Part shown: positions 35,278 through 46,078 of the stretch, in pieces | Layout: each line of letters opens with the position of its first letter | Position numbering within the stretch: position 1 is the stretch's first letter | Virus record (IMG/VR): IMGVR_UViG_3300005805_000125 | Coordinates: 1 to 50,205 of that record | Length of the DNA: 50,205 bases | Direction: 5' to 3' (one strand) | Source of the DNA: a virus | Taxonomy: Duplodnaviria; Caudoviricetes | The notes under the pieces: model-generated | Seen by the model: only the letters and a program-made list of their open reading frames with translations | Databases searched by the model: none | Told to the model about the DNA's origin: nothing | Translations under genes and position numbers: made by a program

Positions 35278-36618
35278 TTACATCAAGTTGTTGATACGGA
35301 ATGCACGGTAGTAGTTGTTTGACTGTGCGGTCAAAGCGCCAAGACCTTGCGTTGTACCTTCTGCAAATGGGTTAGCAACCAGACCGTAACGAGTCTTGAA
35401 GCCAATCTTTGGTTGGAAAGTACCTGTATCAACTGCACGAACCATCTGAAGAGGAACGTATGGGCAGTAGAACAGACCAGCATCATATGCATTGGTGCCT
35501 TTGTAACCAACAACTGCAAACTCAGCAGTTGACGATGTAGCAAAGTACGGATCAATATAAACCTTGATACGACCAAACATTGTACCAGCAAATGTGTTAC
35601 CAGTGTCATCAACCGTCAGGTTAACTTGTGATTGCAATGCTGAGTTATAGTCAAGAATGCCAGCCATTGAAAGAGCAGATGCCACATCAGAAGATACGAT
35701 GAGGACATTACCTTTTCCACGACGAGTTGTCTTGGCGATAGTGTTAGCTTCACGCTCAAACTGGAATGCCAAACCTTTAATTTTCTCAACCATCCAACGA
35801 CCGTTTGAATCGGTGTCAAGGTCAAATGCACCAGCAGTAGTAGTACCAACTTGTGCGCCCAACTTAGCTGTTTGATAAATTGTACGAACAACTTCACGGT
35901 TGATTTCAGCAAGAATTTCTGTTGACAAGATATTTGCCAATTCTGTTTCTGCATCCAGACCATGAACTGCTTTCAAGTCTTGTGCCAATTCAAGTGAGTA
36001 TTCTGCCTTCAAAGCACGAGTCTTTGCAGTAACAGTAACCTTCTCAATCGTGAACGCCATTTCTTGGAATGTGTTACCAGTAGCGCCGTCGCCAAGAGCT
36101 TCGGCCGAACCTGTTGTCATAGCGCCGATTGGAGCAGCGTTACCTGTAAACATTGCGGTTGGCAAACTACCGCCAGCAGCAAGAGCTACTTGAGCGCCAC
36201 CACCGTTAGCACCAGCAAAACCGGTATTGGCTTCGTTAAAGAATGCTTCTGTACCGCCTTGACCAGCATACTTAGTACGCATTGCGAAAATCAAACCTGT
36301 AGGACCTGTCATTGGCTGAACGCCGCAGATATCATAAGCGATTAGATTAGGCAACGAACGGCGAACCAAGCTGATTAGGATTGGATCAAAACCGGCAACA
36401 GGACCTGCAGCAGCTGCGCCGCCACTAAAACCGCCTGTACCAGCGAAGTTGGTTGGTGAACCAGCTTCTTGCAACATGCCAGACTTTTGCATTTCTTGAG
36501 CTTGATTCTCAAGAACAACAGCTGTTACAGCACGCTTGTATGGGTCAGAAATTTTTGACATTTCTGGATGATCCAGAACGCCAGCCCATTTTGTTTGTAG
36601 TTCTTCTGAAAGATACAT
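35278..36618 (-). CDS. gp23: Major capsid protein (T4 gp23)
   Basis: DPILISLVRR, GVQPMTGPTGLIFAMR, KTRALKAEYS, YCPYVPLQM, FQPKIGFKTRYG. Confidence 0.98.
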   Translation of the reverse strand: MYLSEELQTKWAGVLDHPEMSKISDPYKRAVTAVVLENQAQEMQKSGMLQEAGSPTNFAGTGGFSGGAAAAGPVAGFDPILISLVRRSLPNLIAYDICGVQPMTGPTGLIFAMRTKYAGQGGTEAFFNEANTGFAGANGGGAQVALAAGGSLPTAMFTGNAAPIGAMTTGSAEALGDGATGNTFQEMAFTIEKVTVTAKTRALKAEYSLELAQDLKAVHGLDAETELANILSTEILAEINREVVRTIYQTAKLGAQVGTTTAGAFDLDTDSNGRWMVEKIKGLAFQFEREANTIAKTTRRGKGNVLIVSSDVASALSMAGILDYNSALQSQVNLTVDDTGNTFAGTMFGRIKVYIDPYFATSSTAEFAVVGYKGTNAYDAGLFYCPYVPLQMVRAVDTGTFQPKIGFKTRYGLVANPFAEGTTQGLGALTAQSNNYYRAFRINNLM

Positions 36619-36636
36619 TGTTAATACTCCTTAGAA

Positions 36637-37692
36637 TTAAATTTTATTAGTTTTAGAAATAGCATTCATTACGGCGGCTACATATGGATCAGCAGAGACC
36701 TGCTTTTTTTCCGAGCCGTCAGTTACTTCTTCGTGAAGTTGATTCACACTGGCTTTTTTAACACCAGATGGAAAATAGTTCTCACGGATTGTTTCAAGTT
36801 TTTCTTTGTATTCATCTTCTGAGGTAAATACAACACTCTCTGCGAGTGATTTAATTTTTTCAACTTGAGTTTCGGTAAGACCACTACACACTTCACGGGT
36901 CAATTCTGTTTTATATGATTCAACCAATGCTTTGTTCAATTGAACTCCACGATCAATTTCTTCATTGAGTTGACTTTCAAGTTCTTCAACTTTGGTTGCC
37001 AATTCCTCAATAACATCAACTTTTTCAGCTGGCACATCAATGTAATGATCTGCGAACAAATTGCGTAAACCTGCAATAAATTCTTCAGTCATTTCAGAAC
37101 GCAGACCAGATTCAATAGCGATTTGATTTTCTTCCATCCATTGCTCAACAATGTATGATAGGTAATCGTCAACTTTTTCTGTTAGGTCTTGTTTGATTGA
37201 TTCAACAGCTTCTTCAAGCATACCTGCGTAACGAGATTCAGTTTCTTCTTCAATTTGAGAAACACGATCTAGAACACGAGCTTCAAAAATTGTGGCAACT
37301 TTGCCTTTAAATTCTTCTGAAATGGTAGAATCGTCAGCAAAGAGAGCGTCAACATCCTCTTTCATCTGTTCTTTCATTTTCATTTTCTTCATCATTGCTT
37401 TATCTTCAGACTCATCATCATGCATTTTTTCAGCAATGATTTCTTCTTCAGATTCAGTTTCTTCCATTTTAGCGGAAGCAGCTGAAGGCTTTGTTGTTGG
37501 CGCAGCGGCAGATTTAGCAGCTTTTGTTGCGTGTATTTTGTTGCTATCATCGTCTGGCTTAGAATTTTGTGGTGTTGGGCCACCCAACTCTACAACTTCG
37601 CCATCTAATTTTTGCATTGGATCGGCACCGGCTTTACTCTTGCTTCCTGCAAGAATTTCTGCGGCTGCCTCAAAAAGTTTATTTGATGCCAT
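36637..37692 (-). CDS. gp22: Prohead core scaffold protein (T4 gp22)
   Basis: Acidic coiled coil, EEFKGKVATIFEA, VDDYLSYIVEQW; between gp21 and gp23. Confidence 0.92.
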   Translation of the reverse strand: MASNKLFEAAAEILAGSKSKAGADPMQKLDGEVVELGGPTPQNSKPDDDSNKIHATKAAKSAAAPTTKPSAASAKMEETESEEEIIAEKMHDDESEDKAMMKKMKMKEQMKEDVDALFADDSTISEEFKGKVATIFEARVLDRVSQIEEETESRYAGMLEEAVESIKQDLTEKVDDYLSYIVEQWMEENQIAIESGLRSEMTEEFIAGLRNLFADHYIDVPAEKVDVIEELATKVEELESQLNEEIDRGVQLNKALVESYKTELTREVCSGLTETQVEKIKSLAESVVFTSEDEYKEKLETIRENYFPSGVKKASVNQLHEEVTDGSEKKQVSADPYVAAVMNAISKTNKI

Positions 37693-37714
37693 TAGGAATC
37701 TCCTTATGATTTTC

Positions 37715-37722
37715 TATTTATA
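37715..37722 (-). promoter_or_regulatory. T4 late promoter TATAAATA
   Basis: Exact consensus upstream of gp22 with AAGGAG RBS. Confidence 0.82.
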
Positions 37723-37725
37723 AAA

Positions 37726-38376
37726 TTAAAGTTTTCGTAGGTAATTTTCAAACAGGTTTAATGCAACCCGTTCTATGTCTTTGCGAGATGCTTTTTGTAT
37801 TTGTTTTTTTGCATTGTCAAAATCAACTTCCACAAAACGACCTTCAACAAAAAGCCACTCTTTATTCTCCATAATTCCATTAACAAAAGCACCTGGTGCC
37901 GAAGGATCGGCAACAATATCAGCTGCTGTTGCTAAACGAAAATCATCTTGAACTAAATTATAACCCTCTTTGGTTTGTACAAGAGAACCCATACCTCTTG
38001 ATGATACACCAACATTTACACCAGAATCAATAAAGTTTTTGACTATGTTTCCGTAAGGAGTTTCAAGAATCAAAGCTTTACCAACAAAACACTCACCATT
38101 ATCTTCAAGTGACATGATTTTATGTGACACTCTTTCAAGATTGATAGATGGTGTATCAGGATGTCCTAACTCACCTAGAGCACGATTTGTTTTAATATAT
38201 TCTTCAGTATAGCGATTAACTTCTTTACTTAAAGTATCTTTGCCATACATTCTATTATTTTTATTTGGCTTGTCATAAACAAGAAATGGACCTGTAACAT
38301 ACAGATTTTTTTTGCCTGACTCGGAGGCTTCAGTAATATATTGAACTTGCTCAATGGTTTCCGTAATTAGTTTCAT
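37726..38376 (-). CDS. gp21: Prohead protease (T4 gp21)
   Basis: NKNNRMY, ALGELGHP, GVSSRGMGS, DIVADPSAP. Confidence 0.96.
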   Translation of the reverse strand: MKLITETIEQVQYITEASESGKKNLYVTGPFLVYDKPNKNNRMYGKDTLSKEVNRYTEEYIKTNRALGELGHPDTPSINLERVSHKIMSLEDNGECFVGKALILETPYGNIVKNFIDSGVNVGVSSRGMGSLVQTKEGYNLVQDDFRLATAADIVADPSAPGAFVNGIMENKEWLFVEGRFVEVDFDNAKKQIQKASRKDIERVALNLFENYLRKL

Positions 38377-38741
38377 AGTGTTTCGCCTGTGTAAGGATCT
38401 ACATTATAGGTTGCTGTTTTTGAAACTTCCATAACAATAGAACCACCAGTCGTTATTGTGATAACGATGTTTGCTGTGTCATTGTTTGCCGCAGAATAAC
38501 CATAACTTTGAAAATCCATTTCACCAGAATTATGTAAAGCTAAAATGGTGTTACCATTACGGACAACAGAAATATTTCCGTTAGTTGACCATGTAACTTT
38601 TCTAATACTTGCAGCTGTAACCGTTTCTGTGTTTGGTTTAGCTCGCAAATTATTAAGTGTAATAGTAGCAGTGCCAGGATCAGCAACACGAATGATTGAT
38701 GAACCTTTTACTGAGTTTATAACTTCTGAATTAAAAGCCAT
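38373..38741 (-). CDS. Hypothetical beta-rich virion-associated protein
   Basis: T/N/S-rich 122-aa ORF inside the head operon, coupled to gp21. Confidence 0.65.
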   Translation of the reverse strand: MAFNSEVINSVKGSSIIRVADPGTATITLNNLRAKPNTETVTAASIRKVTWSTNGNISVVRNGNTILALHNSGEMDFQSYGYSAANNDTANIVITITTGGSIVMEVSKTATYNVDPYTGETL

Positions 38742-38742
38742 T

Positions 38743-39183
38743 TTACTTTATCCCCATGGATGCTCGGCGTCTTAAAGACATTTTTCTTTTGAGTAATGTT
38801 CTACGCAATTTAGATTTACCTTTTGTCTTCCAATACCTTTTTAATTTTCTAGACTTCTGTATTCTTTGAATTGCAGGTATACGAACAACTCTATTACCTG
38901 AAATTCTAAATCCTTTTATAGCCGACTTTCGTACATTCTTTTGAACAATTATACGGCCTTTTTTATTTCTACGAATTCTTCTACGAATCTTTTTAATTCT
39001 ACCAATTTTTATTACATTGGGAGAAGCTTCTTCAATTGGTTCATCAGACTCTATGTATATATTACTACCAATAAACTGTTTTTCTTCTTCTAATTTTTCT
39101 TCAAAATGTTCATCAAGACGATTAAAAATTAACTGTTTAGCTTCAGTTAACCTGTTCGCAACAATTAATTCAACAAGATTCAT
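38743..39183 (-). CDS. Prohead core protein, gp68-like
   Basis: Acidic N-terminus, very basic C-terminus ending KRKMSLRRRASMG; position before gp21. Confidence 0.65.
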   Translation of the reverse strand: MNLVELIVANRLTEAKQLIFNRLDEHFEEKLEEEKQFIGSNIYIESDEPIEEASPNVIKIGRIKKIRRRIRRNKKGRIIVQKNVRKSAIKGFRISGNRVVRIPAIQRIQKSRKLKRYWKTKGKSKLRRTLLKRKMSLRRRASMGIK

Positions 39184-39977
39184 TTTTCTATCTTTGAGGC
39201 AAATTCAATAGCTTTATCTAATTCTTTTGATGAACTTTCAACCATAGCAATAAACTTAATTTTATTCTGTTCACTTAATTCTTCATATACATCCATCAAC
39301 ATAGTTATAGTTTCAGCATTAACTTCACTAATAGTGCCATCATTATGCTCTATTTTTGTTGTTAATTCTTCAGCTTGAATTGGTGCTCTAACTAATGATT
39401 CTGAACTATATGGTACGGAAAAATAACGGTTTAATCTTTCGTTATAATACAAAGCAACTCTTGTGCCTTCTGGATACATACGAATAGCTTTACGGCGAAG
39501 GACTAAAACAAATGGTAAGGCTTGCGAATCAATGTTTTCTTTATAAACTTTTTTTGTTCTATCTTGATCTTGTTCTGCATCATCACCAACTTCTGGTGCT
39601 TTAACATCAACTTGTGGTGGTGTATCACCAACTTTAATTCTATGCGCTCTAACTTTTTGTCCGGCAGAACCTAGCTTGTAATCGGAGGTATCAACAATAC
39701 TTTCTTCTAATTCTTCTCTAACTGCTCGGCGTGCTTGAGTATAAATCTGTTTATTATTGGTAATTAAATCTACCATCTTAGTAAACAAGTTCTGAATAAT
39801 CATTCTATCAGCATTAGTGAATTGTGGGCGTTCTTCACCCATTTTATCCAATATCTTATGCATACGCTGAATCTGTGCTTTATTGGCAAGACCAGCACGA
39901 ACAAGAGCATCAAACTTGGTGTAGTCTGATTTTTCTTCTTCCGTTAGAATGGTTTTAAAGTCTAGTAACGATTTCAT
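39180..39977 (-). CDS. Hypothetical head-region protein
   Basis: 265-aa ORF coupled by 4-nt overlaps within the prohead cluster. Confidence 0.7.
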   Translation of the reverse strand: MKSLLDFKTILTEEEKSDYTKFDALVRAGLANKAQIQRMHKILDKMGEERPQFTNADRMIIQNLFTKMVDLITNNKQIYTQARRAVREELEESIVDTSDYKLGSAGQKVRAHRIKVGDTPPQVDVKAPEVGDDAEQDQDRTKKVYKENIDSQALPFVLVLRRKAIRMYPEGTRVALYYNERLNRYFSVPYSSESLVRAPIQAEELTTKIEHNDGTISEVNAETITMLMDVYEELSEQNKIKFIAMVESSSKELDKAIEFASKIEK

Positions 39978-40165
39978 TCTGCTTCTGTTTGTTCTTCTTG
40001 TTCTTGTGTAGAGGCAACTTGGCCACCAAATAGTGTTGATGCCAATTCTTGTTTACGAGTATCAAGTGCTTCAAATGCACGAGCAGATAACAAGTTTGAT
40101 AATGTTTCTTTGGCATCAGCTGCCTGTCCTGCAGCTAATTGATCAATAAAAGTTGATGTTATCAT
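39974..40165 (-). CDS. Small prohead core protein, gp67-like
   Basis: Short acidic helical ORF right after portal; GGAGA RBS supports a start at 40165. Confidence 0.6.
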   Translation of the reverse strand: MITSTFIDQLAAGQAADAKETLSNLLSARAFEALDTRKQELASTLFGGQVASTQEQEEQTEAE

Positions 40166-40183
40166 AGTTTTCTCCATTATACC

Positions 40184-41827
40184 TTATTTAGTCTTATTGA
40201 AAGCATATTTATTTACCGCATCATCAAGCTGCGGTGTTAGTGATTCTGTTCCATTATTTTCAACAGTATTATCTATTGTTACTGGTGCAGCACCACCTTG
40301 TTCTTGACCTGGTTGTCCTAAAACAGGACCAGCAAGTTCACCTTCTTCTTCAATTTCTTTTTGCATTTCTTCAATTTCTTCTTCAGTCATGTGAAGAATA
40401 TTCTTTTTAACCCATGCCGACGAATAATAACGGCCTACATACGGATCAATTTGATTAGCTGTTGAAATACGCTCACGCATAATTTCTGCATCACGCATTT
40501 CGGTAAAGTTATTGTCTTTCTTAAAGTCATAAGAAATGGATTCTTTAAATTCTTCCCATTCTTCAACAGTACAAATACCTTTTAAAGACAATTGAATACG
40601 AAGAGCATCATCAAAAAGACGAGAAAATTTATTACGGAGTCTAGCAATAAATTTACTAAATTTAACTTCATCACGGGTAACTTCTGTGACTCTACCAATA
40701 CCCATAATGCCACCACCTTGAGGATCAAGACGAGAGATAGGCACATTTAATGCATTCAATAGTTTCTTGTGAAAATATAAAACATCTTCCATCTGGCCTA
40801 AGTTTTGTCCAGCTGGTAATGTAGTAATCTCAGTGCCTTTACCACCTTCACGACGAGGCAACCAAAAATCTTCTAGCATTGAAAGATGTTTACGCTCATC
40901 ACGAATCTCACCAGTGTTAGCATCATAAACCAACTTGTTACGATACTGAGTCATAATAGAGCGCATATATTGTTCAGCTTTACCTTTTGGTAAGTTACCT
41001 ACATCAATATAAAATATACGGCGTTCTGGTGCTCTTGATAAACGGTAAATAACAACCGCATCTTCAATCATTCTTAACTGATTGAGTGGCTTAATTGCTT
41101 TGTGTAGATAAGAGATAACAAAGGTGTTCTTTGCATCCATTAAACCAGAGTTAACATTTAATATTGACTCCGGTGCAATTCTTAAACCTTGGTTTACACC
41201 TGATGTGTATGTTTGTGTTGTTGTACCACGATCATTATAAACATAATATTCGGCTATAGATTTAATAATCTGAGCACCAGTTTTTGGATCTCTTTCTTTT
41301 TGAATCTCACGAACTTTACGAATCTTACGAGGATCAATATATCTTAATTCTTGCACACCATCTTTAGGATTTTTATCATTAACAATTACTTGATAATAAA
41401 TTCTACCATCAATGTACCAACGCTTAAATAAATCATCAGCAAGATTTGAAAAATTTAACATTTTTTGAATGTTATTAAATTCTTCTATAATTTTTTTCTT
41501 AATTGATTCTGGTTGTTTTAGATTATCTAAATTAATATCTATAACTTTACCATCATCAGCGTGTGTAATTGCCTCATTAATAATTTCGTCAATAGCCATA
41601 TCACACTCAGGGTGATTTGACATTTCACGATAACGAGTAATCAATTCTAGTTCATTGCGAACAGAACCTTCTAAATCTACATAGGTTCCATAGTGCGAAT
41701 TTTGAGTGATGGTAACTGCACCATCATCAAGTGCCTCTGTTGGAAGCGTGAAAGAAGCTTGTTCAGGCTTTTCAACCTGAACAATATCTTTTTTACCTAG
41801 AGTAAAGCCAAATAATGTTACAGCCAC
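40184..41827 (-). CDS. gp20: Portal vertex protein (T4 gp20)
   Basis: WYIDGR, YRLSRAPERRIFYIDVGNLPK, EDFWLPRREGGKGTEITTLP; GTG start. Confidence 0.98.
   Translation of the reverse strand: MAVTLFGFTLGKKDIVQVEKPEQASFTLPTEALDDGAVTITQNSHYGTYVDLEGSVRNELELITRYREMSNHPECDMAIDEIINEAITHADDGKVIDINLDNLKQPESIKKKIIEEFNNIQKMLNFSNLADDLFKRWYIDGRIYYQVIVNDKNPKDGVQELRYIDPRKIRKVREIQKERDPKTGAQIIKSIAEYYVYNDRGTTTQTYTSGVNQGLRIAPESILNVNSGLMDAKNTFVISYLHKAIKPLNQLRMIEDAVVIYRLSRAPERRIFYIDVGNLPKGKAEQYMRSIMTQYRNKLVYDANTGEIRDERKHLSMLEDFWLPRREGGKGTEITTLPAGQNLGQMEDVLYFHKKLLNALNVPISRLDPQGGGIMGIGRVTEVTRDEVKFSKFIARLRNKFSRLFDDALRIQLSLKGICTVEEWEEFKESISYDFKKDNNFTEMRDAEIMRERISTANQIDPYVGRYYSSAWVKKNILHMTEEEIEEMQKEIEEEGELAGPVLGQPGQEQGGAAPVTIDNTVENNGTESLTPQLDDAVNKYAFNKTK
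40185..40192 (-). promoter_or_regulatory. Late promoter variant ACTAAATA
   Basis: Upstream of the gp67-like gene; the same variant occurs before gp18. Confidence 0.55.
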
Positions 41828-41885
41828 GGAATATACCTCATTCTATATCATTTTAAAAAGTAAAAAAGAAACAAATTTCTTTTTT

Positions 41886-42431
41886 TTACACAACACCATC
41901 TTCAACCGCTTCCCACCACTGGAAAGACAAACTTACGGTAAATTCTTCAATAGCATCATTTGAACCCCAATCAACATCAATTGGAGCTATGTCAGTTGGA
42001 AACACACCTAAAAAGTTATAGGTTTTTATTGCATCTCCATTTTTACCGTACTGGACAACTTGAGAATCAACTGTATAGCTTCCAGGTGTTTGTGCTAAAG
42101 GATTGCGAACATTCAGACTATGACTATTTATGCCGTTCATCCATCTTTCAAATGCATTACGGACGACAAAATCTTCATCATTGATAATTGTAATTGTCCA
42201 ATCTGTAAATGTTCTATTACCAGCAAATTTTAATTCACGACCAAAGTATTGAACTGGCACAACGCCTATGGTTGAACCAGGCAATTGTGCAGCTCTACAC
42301 ATAAAGGTCATCTTTTGCTGTGCGTTCGCTGGATTAGAAAATCCAGGAAAAGGCATCGTCACCTCAAATAAATTTGGGCGAGCGCCGTCTCCTGTCATCT
42401 GCGAACGGAATTGATTAATATTAAATGCCAT
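41886..42431 (-). CDS. gp19: Tail tube protein (T4 gp19)
   Basis: GARPNLFEV, GRELKFAGNRTF, WTITIINDEDF, IEEFTV. Confidence 0.95.
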   Translation of the reverse strand: MAFNINQFRSQMTGDGARPNLFEVTMPFPGFSNPANAQQKMTFMCRAAQLPGSTIGVVPVQYFGRELKFAGNRTFTDWTITIINDEDFVVRNAFERWMNGINSHSLNVRNPLAQTPGSYTVDSQVVQYGKNGDAIKTYNFLGVFPTDIAPIDVDWGSNDAIEEFTVSLSFQWWEAVEDGVV

Positions 42432-42456
42432 TTGTTTTCTCCTGTTCCTTTATGTA

Positions 42457-44358
42457 TTAGAATCGGCCAACGATTTCATCAAACGAAACGCCGGTACGAA
42501 CCGCAACAAAATTCAACTGAATGAAGTTAACTGATCGAGCTGGCTTAATATAGATATCACCAACAAACTCATTGCGATCAATAATTTCACCAGTATTATT
42601 AGTTGTATCGCAAACAACACGATAGTCGGTAATACCACGGCGACCTTGAACATCACGCAAATAAGGTTCTACTAAGTTAACAAATTGAGCTCTTGTAAAC
42701 TGGTCGTTAAATTCAAACATCGTTGAACGAGCAGCACGAGCGATAGTTTTCTCTAATACAATAAACAGACGGCGAACATTGATACGATCAAATACTGATG
42801 GACGACTCAACAAAGTTTTATCGCCAAACAGAATTGTGCCTTCACCTTGGAAGGTAACGACAGGATTAATACCTTGAACATATAGGTTATCACGATCAGT
42901 CTTAGTTGGATTCCAAGCAAGTTTAATCAAATTCTTAATTACGCCACGATTTAAACCACCTGGTGAGAACCAAGGATCACGCTCAAGGTCTGTGCGAGCA
43001 CAAACACCAGCAATATCACCATTCAAAGGAACCCAACGGTAAACATCGTTGTATTTGTCATACTGATATTTATAGCCAGAATCAAGAACAGCATATGAAG
43101 AACTTGATAGTCCAGAACGGAAAGAAAGAATACTTGTAGTCTCATTACCAGCATTATTAACAACTGATGACTTTGTTGGTGACAAGAAAACCATACAATC
43201 TTTACGAGATTCAACAAGAGAAATTAGACCAGCTGCTATTGTTGCATTTCCTGGACCAGAAATTAATAGCGACAATTCAACAGAATCTTGAGCCGCAAAA
43301 AAATCATATGCTGTGTCAACTTCAGTATTACCAATTGTACCGTTTGCACCAGCTGACATTGAAGCTGAGAATGGAGAATTGATGTTTGTGAATGTTTTAG
43401 CAACAGAACTTGTTCCCCAATTTGATGCACCTGGTTGATGATTTAACCACCAAACATATTGTGATCTATTATTAATAACATTTTTATAATAATTTGATTC
43501 ACCTTCGTTAGTTATTGCATCTGAAGCTTTTGATACAAATGAGTATTTTTCAAGAACTGTATTTGCAACGCCAGAGAATATACCATCTTCATCAATAACA
43601 ATAACATGCAATTCATCGCCGCTACCATTATTGTCTGAAGTGTAATCAGATGTTCCTGGTGCAACGCCAAACTGGTCAGCATATTGCCATTTGCGTAAGA
43701 TTGCTGTACCTACAACAACTGCTCCTGGTGCCGTGGCTGTAATGATTGCAGTTGCGTTAACAGAAGCTACACGAACATATGATGAACCACCATCAACAGA
43801 AATCAAGTCACCAGCAACCAAATTGGCAGCTGCGTTTGCACTACCGTTAACATTAATTGTGGTGTCAGTAGCTCCAACAGCATTTGCTCTTAAAGAATCT
43901 GTAACTGTTAAGTTTGCTGAAAATGCTTGTGTGCTTGGGCAGATAGAAATTCTTAGTGAATTTCCACCATCACCAGCGTAGCGAGCACCAAATGGTCCCA
44001 GTGATGTGTTGGCCGATGATTCCCAGTTTGCAACATAGTCGCTTTCATTCTTAATCAAAGCACCAACGCCGTTTGCAGTGGCATTATATGTTGATGAAGT
44101 ATTTGCAGCACGAACAACTTTTAAATTATTTGTATAAGCTAGAAAGTTTGCAGCTGAGAACCAGTATTCATAATTTGTAGAGTCTGGCTTACCAAAACGA
44201 TCAACAAGGCGAACCTCGTCAGAAATGGTAATGACTTCACCAACTGGACCCCAGTTAAAATTTCCAGCGATGCCACCAATTGAAGTAGCAATAGAAGGGA
44301 TAACTGTAGTCAGGTCAATTTCTGATACATTTACCCCAGGTGATAGCTGAAATGCCAT
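42457..44358 (-). CDS. gp18: Tail sheath protein (T4 gp18)
   Basis: SPGVNVSEID, WFSPGG, GDKT, FDRINVRRLF, IYIKPARSVNFI. Confidence 0.97.
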   Translation of the reverse strand: MAFQLSPGVNVSEIDLTTVIPSIATSIGGIAGNFNWGPVGEVITISDEVRLVDRFGKPDSTNYEYWFSAANFLAYTNNLKVVRAANTSSTYNATANGVGALIKNESDYVANWESSANTSLGPFGARYAGDGGNSLRISICPSTQAFSANLTVTDSLRANAVGATDTTINVNGSANAAANLVAGDLISVDGGSSYVRVASVNATAIITATAPGAVVVGTAILRKWQYADQFGVAPGTSDYTSDNNGSGDELHVIVIDEDGIFSGVANTVLEKYSFVSKASDAITNEGESNYYKNVINNRSQYVWWLNHQPGASNWGTSSVAKTFTNINSPFSASMSAGANGTIGNTEVDTAYDFFAAQDSVELSLLISGPGNATIAAGLISLVESRKDCMVFLSPTKSSVVNNAGNETTSILSFRSGLSSSSYAVLDSGYKYQYDKYNDVYRWVPLNGDIAGVCARTDLERDPWFSPGGLNRGVIKNLIKLAWNPTKTDRDNLYVQGINPVVTFQGEGTILFGDKTLLSRPSVFDRINVRRLFIVLEKTIARAARSTMFEFNDQFTRAQFVNLVEPYLRDVQGRRGITDYRVVCDTTNNTGEIIDRNEFVGDIYIKPARSVNFIQLNFVAVRTGVSFDEIVGRF

Positions 44359-44399
44359 GGATTTCTCCTTAGTTTACGGGTCAATTATTCTTTATGTTC

Positions 44400-44407
44400 T
44401 ATTTAGT
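44400..44407 (-). promoter_or_regulatory. Late promoter variant ACTAAATA
   Basis: Intergenic position upstream of gp18 with AAGGAG RBS. Confidence 0.6.
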
Positions 44408-44410
44408 GTT

Positions 44411-46078
44411 TTAAAGATTTGATGATAGATAACCAGCTGGAATTTCTGGTTTCCAAACATCACCAGAATCTACAACAAATTGTTCTTCTAATCCATTTTG
44501 TATGAATCCAAAAGGAATAACATCTTCTTCAATTTGTTTAATTCTGGCTTGATACATGGATTCACGAATATTGATATTACTTAATTCTTTAAAATAAGGG
44601 TTTGTAGTTAACCAACTAAACAAAACCAATGGCATAACCAAGTCATCATGGTAACCATCATCAGCTGCATAACTATCTTTTACTTGGATAAAAGTTGATA
44701 TTTCAGATATGGTGTCTGCATCGGTAATTAAAAGTTTACTTTCTTCAAGTAAGGATTTAAAGGTAAAACATCCAATGCGTTTCACTCTCTTATCGGTTTG
44801 AACACCTAATTGAGTTTTACCTCCACCAAAACCACCAGAAACAACTTGCCCTTTTTTGGTATCTCTGTTTACAAAGATGATATTGTCATATTCCAATTCA
44901 TTGTGCATGATATGAGCCACCTGCTCACTTGAGTTAACCTCAATCAACACATAAGCGTTATTATAATCCCTTGCCATTTTATATATGACACTAGGGTATA
45001 GCATAGGTGCTATCTTATTATCTCTAAACTTTCCAACCAGCTTATAAGGTATATCAGTAATGTCTACAATGACAAAGGCTGAATAGTCGCCACCCACACC
45101 TTTAGCTGTATCGGCAACAATAACATAGGTGTGAGGCTTGGTAACTAGGTTTTCATCATCATCTCTTTGGCCATTAATTGGGTATTCATACAAGTCTAAA
45201 CCGTCTTTGGAATAGACTGTAGGACAAGTTGACATGTATTCAATAGTGTCTGAGTTAATAAGTGTTAAGGACGATCCTAAGAACTTACAGAGCACTTCCT
45301 GATTGTATTTCAGATCACCAAGCTGACGCTTTTGTTCAAGTGCCCACTTCTCATCTCTGCCTGGAATCTCCCAATATGGAATGTACATGGGCACAAAGTC
45401 GTTGTTTTTATTAACGGCATCATTCCAAAATTTCCAAAAATGATTATAACCCAATGGTGTTGATGTAATAAGAATCTTTGTTGTTTGACCAGCAGAGATA
45501 ACTGGATATACCGCAGTAAAGAATGCATCAGCCACAGTATTTGGAATAATTGCAGCTTCGTCAATATACAATAAGTTAACTGATTTACCACGAATACCAG
45601 CAGCAGTTGTTGCAGCAGTAAAAACAATAGACCCGTTTTCTAATTCAATGTCACCTTTGTTCCAAGTCTTAACACCTTGTTGCATCCACTTAGGCAAGTA
45701 TTCAAACATCAATTGATATCTCGCCATAATTTCACGAGCAGTTGTAGCCTTGTTTGCAAGAACGGCTACATTTTTGTTATCTTGAAACAAGGTATACCAA
45801 AGAATATAAGCCGCAGCAGATGTTGTTTTACCTTGCTGCCTACCTTCCATAAGGATAACTTTACGGTTATCGTGAATCAGTTTAATCTTTTTCTTTTGGC
45901 AATCGTAAAGCTTGAACGGTTGAATACCGTGGTCTAGTGTTACAATATAGCAATAATTATCAATAAAATAAATTGGATCTTCTACACACTTAGCTATTTC
46001 CAATACCTGTTCTTCGGTATAAGAAAAATCTACTCCCGTTCTTTTTAGTGAGAAGTTACCATTATATCCACTATTCAT
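44411..46078 (-). CDS. gp17: Terminase large subunit (T4 gp17)
   Basis: RQQGKT, LYIDEAA, ITSTPLG, nuclease ADTAKGVGGDYS, HDDLVM. Confidence 0.97.
   Translation of the reverse strand: MNSGYNGNFSLKRTGVDFSYTEEQVLEIAKCVEDPIYFIDNYCYIVTLDHGIQPFKLYDCQKKKIKLIHDNRKVILMEGRQQGKTTSAAAYILWYTLFQDNKNVAVLANKATTAREIMARYQLMFEYLPKWMQQGVKTWNKGDIELENGSIVFTAATTAAGIRGKSVNLLYIDEAAIIPNTVADAFFTAVYPVISAGQTTKILITSTPLGYNHFWKFWNDAVNKNNDFVPMYIPYWEIPGRDEKWALEQKRQLGDLKYNQEVLCKFLGSSLTLINSDTIEYMSTCPTVYSKDGLDLYEYPINGQRDDDENLVTKPHTYVIVADTAKGVGGDYSAFVIVDITDIPYKLVGKFRDNKIAPMLYPSVIYKMARDYNNAYVLIEVNSSEQVAHIMHNELEYDNIIFVNRDTKKGQVVSGGFGGGKTQLGVQTDKRVKRIGCFTFKSLLEESKLLITDADTISEISTFIQVKDSYAADDGYHDDLVMPLVLFSWLTTNPYFKELSNINIRESMYQARIKQIEEDVIPFGFIQNGLEEQFVVDSGDVWKPEIPAGYLSSNL

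Noticed and set aside
41862-41887. Terminator between gp19 and gp20
   Set aside because: The stem is almost entirely A-T (AAAAAAGAAA/TTTCTTTTTT), too weak to call with confidence.
2161-46078. Introns or inteins in gp41, gp43, gp46, uvsW, gp20 or gp17
   Set aside because: All are uninterrupted ORFs of ordinary length with no intein or homing-endonuclease motifs visible.
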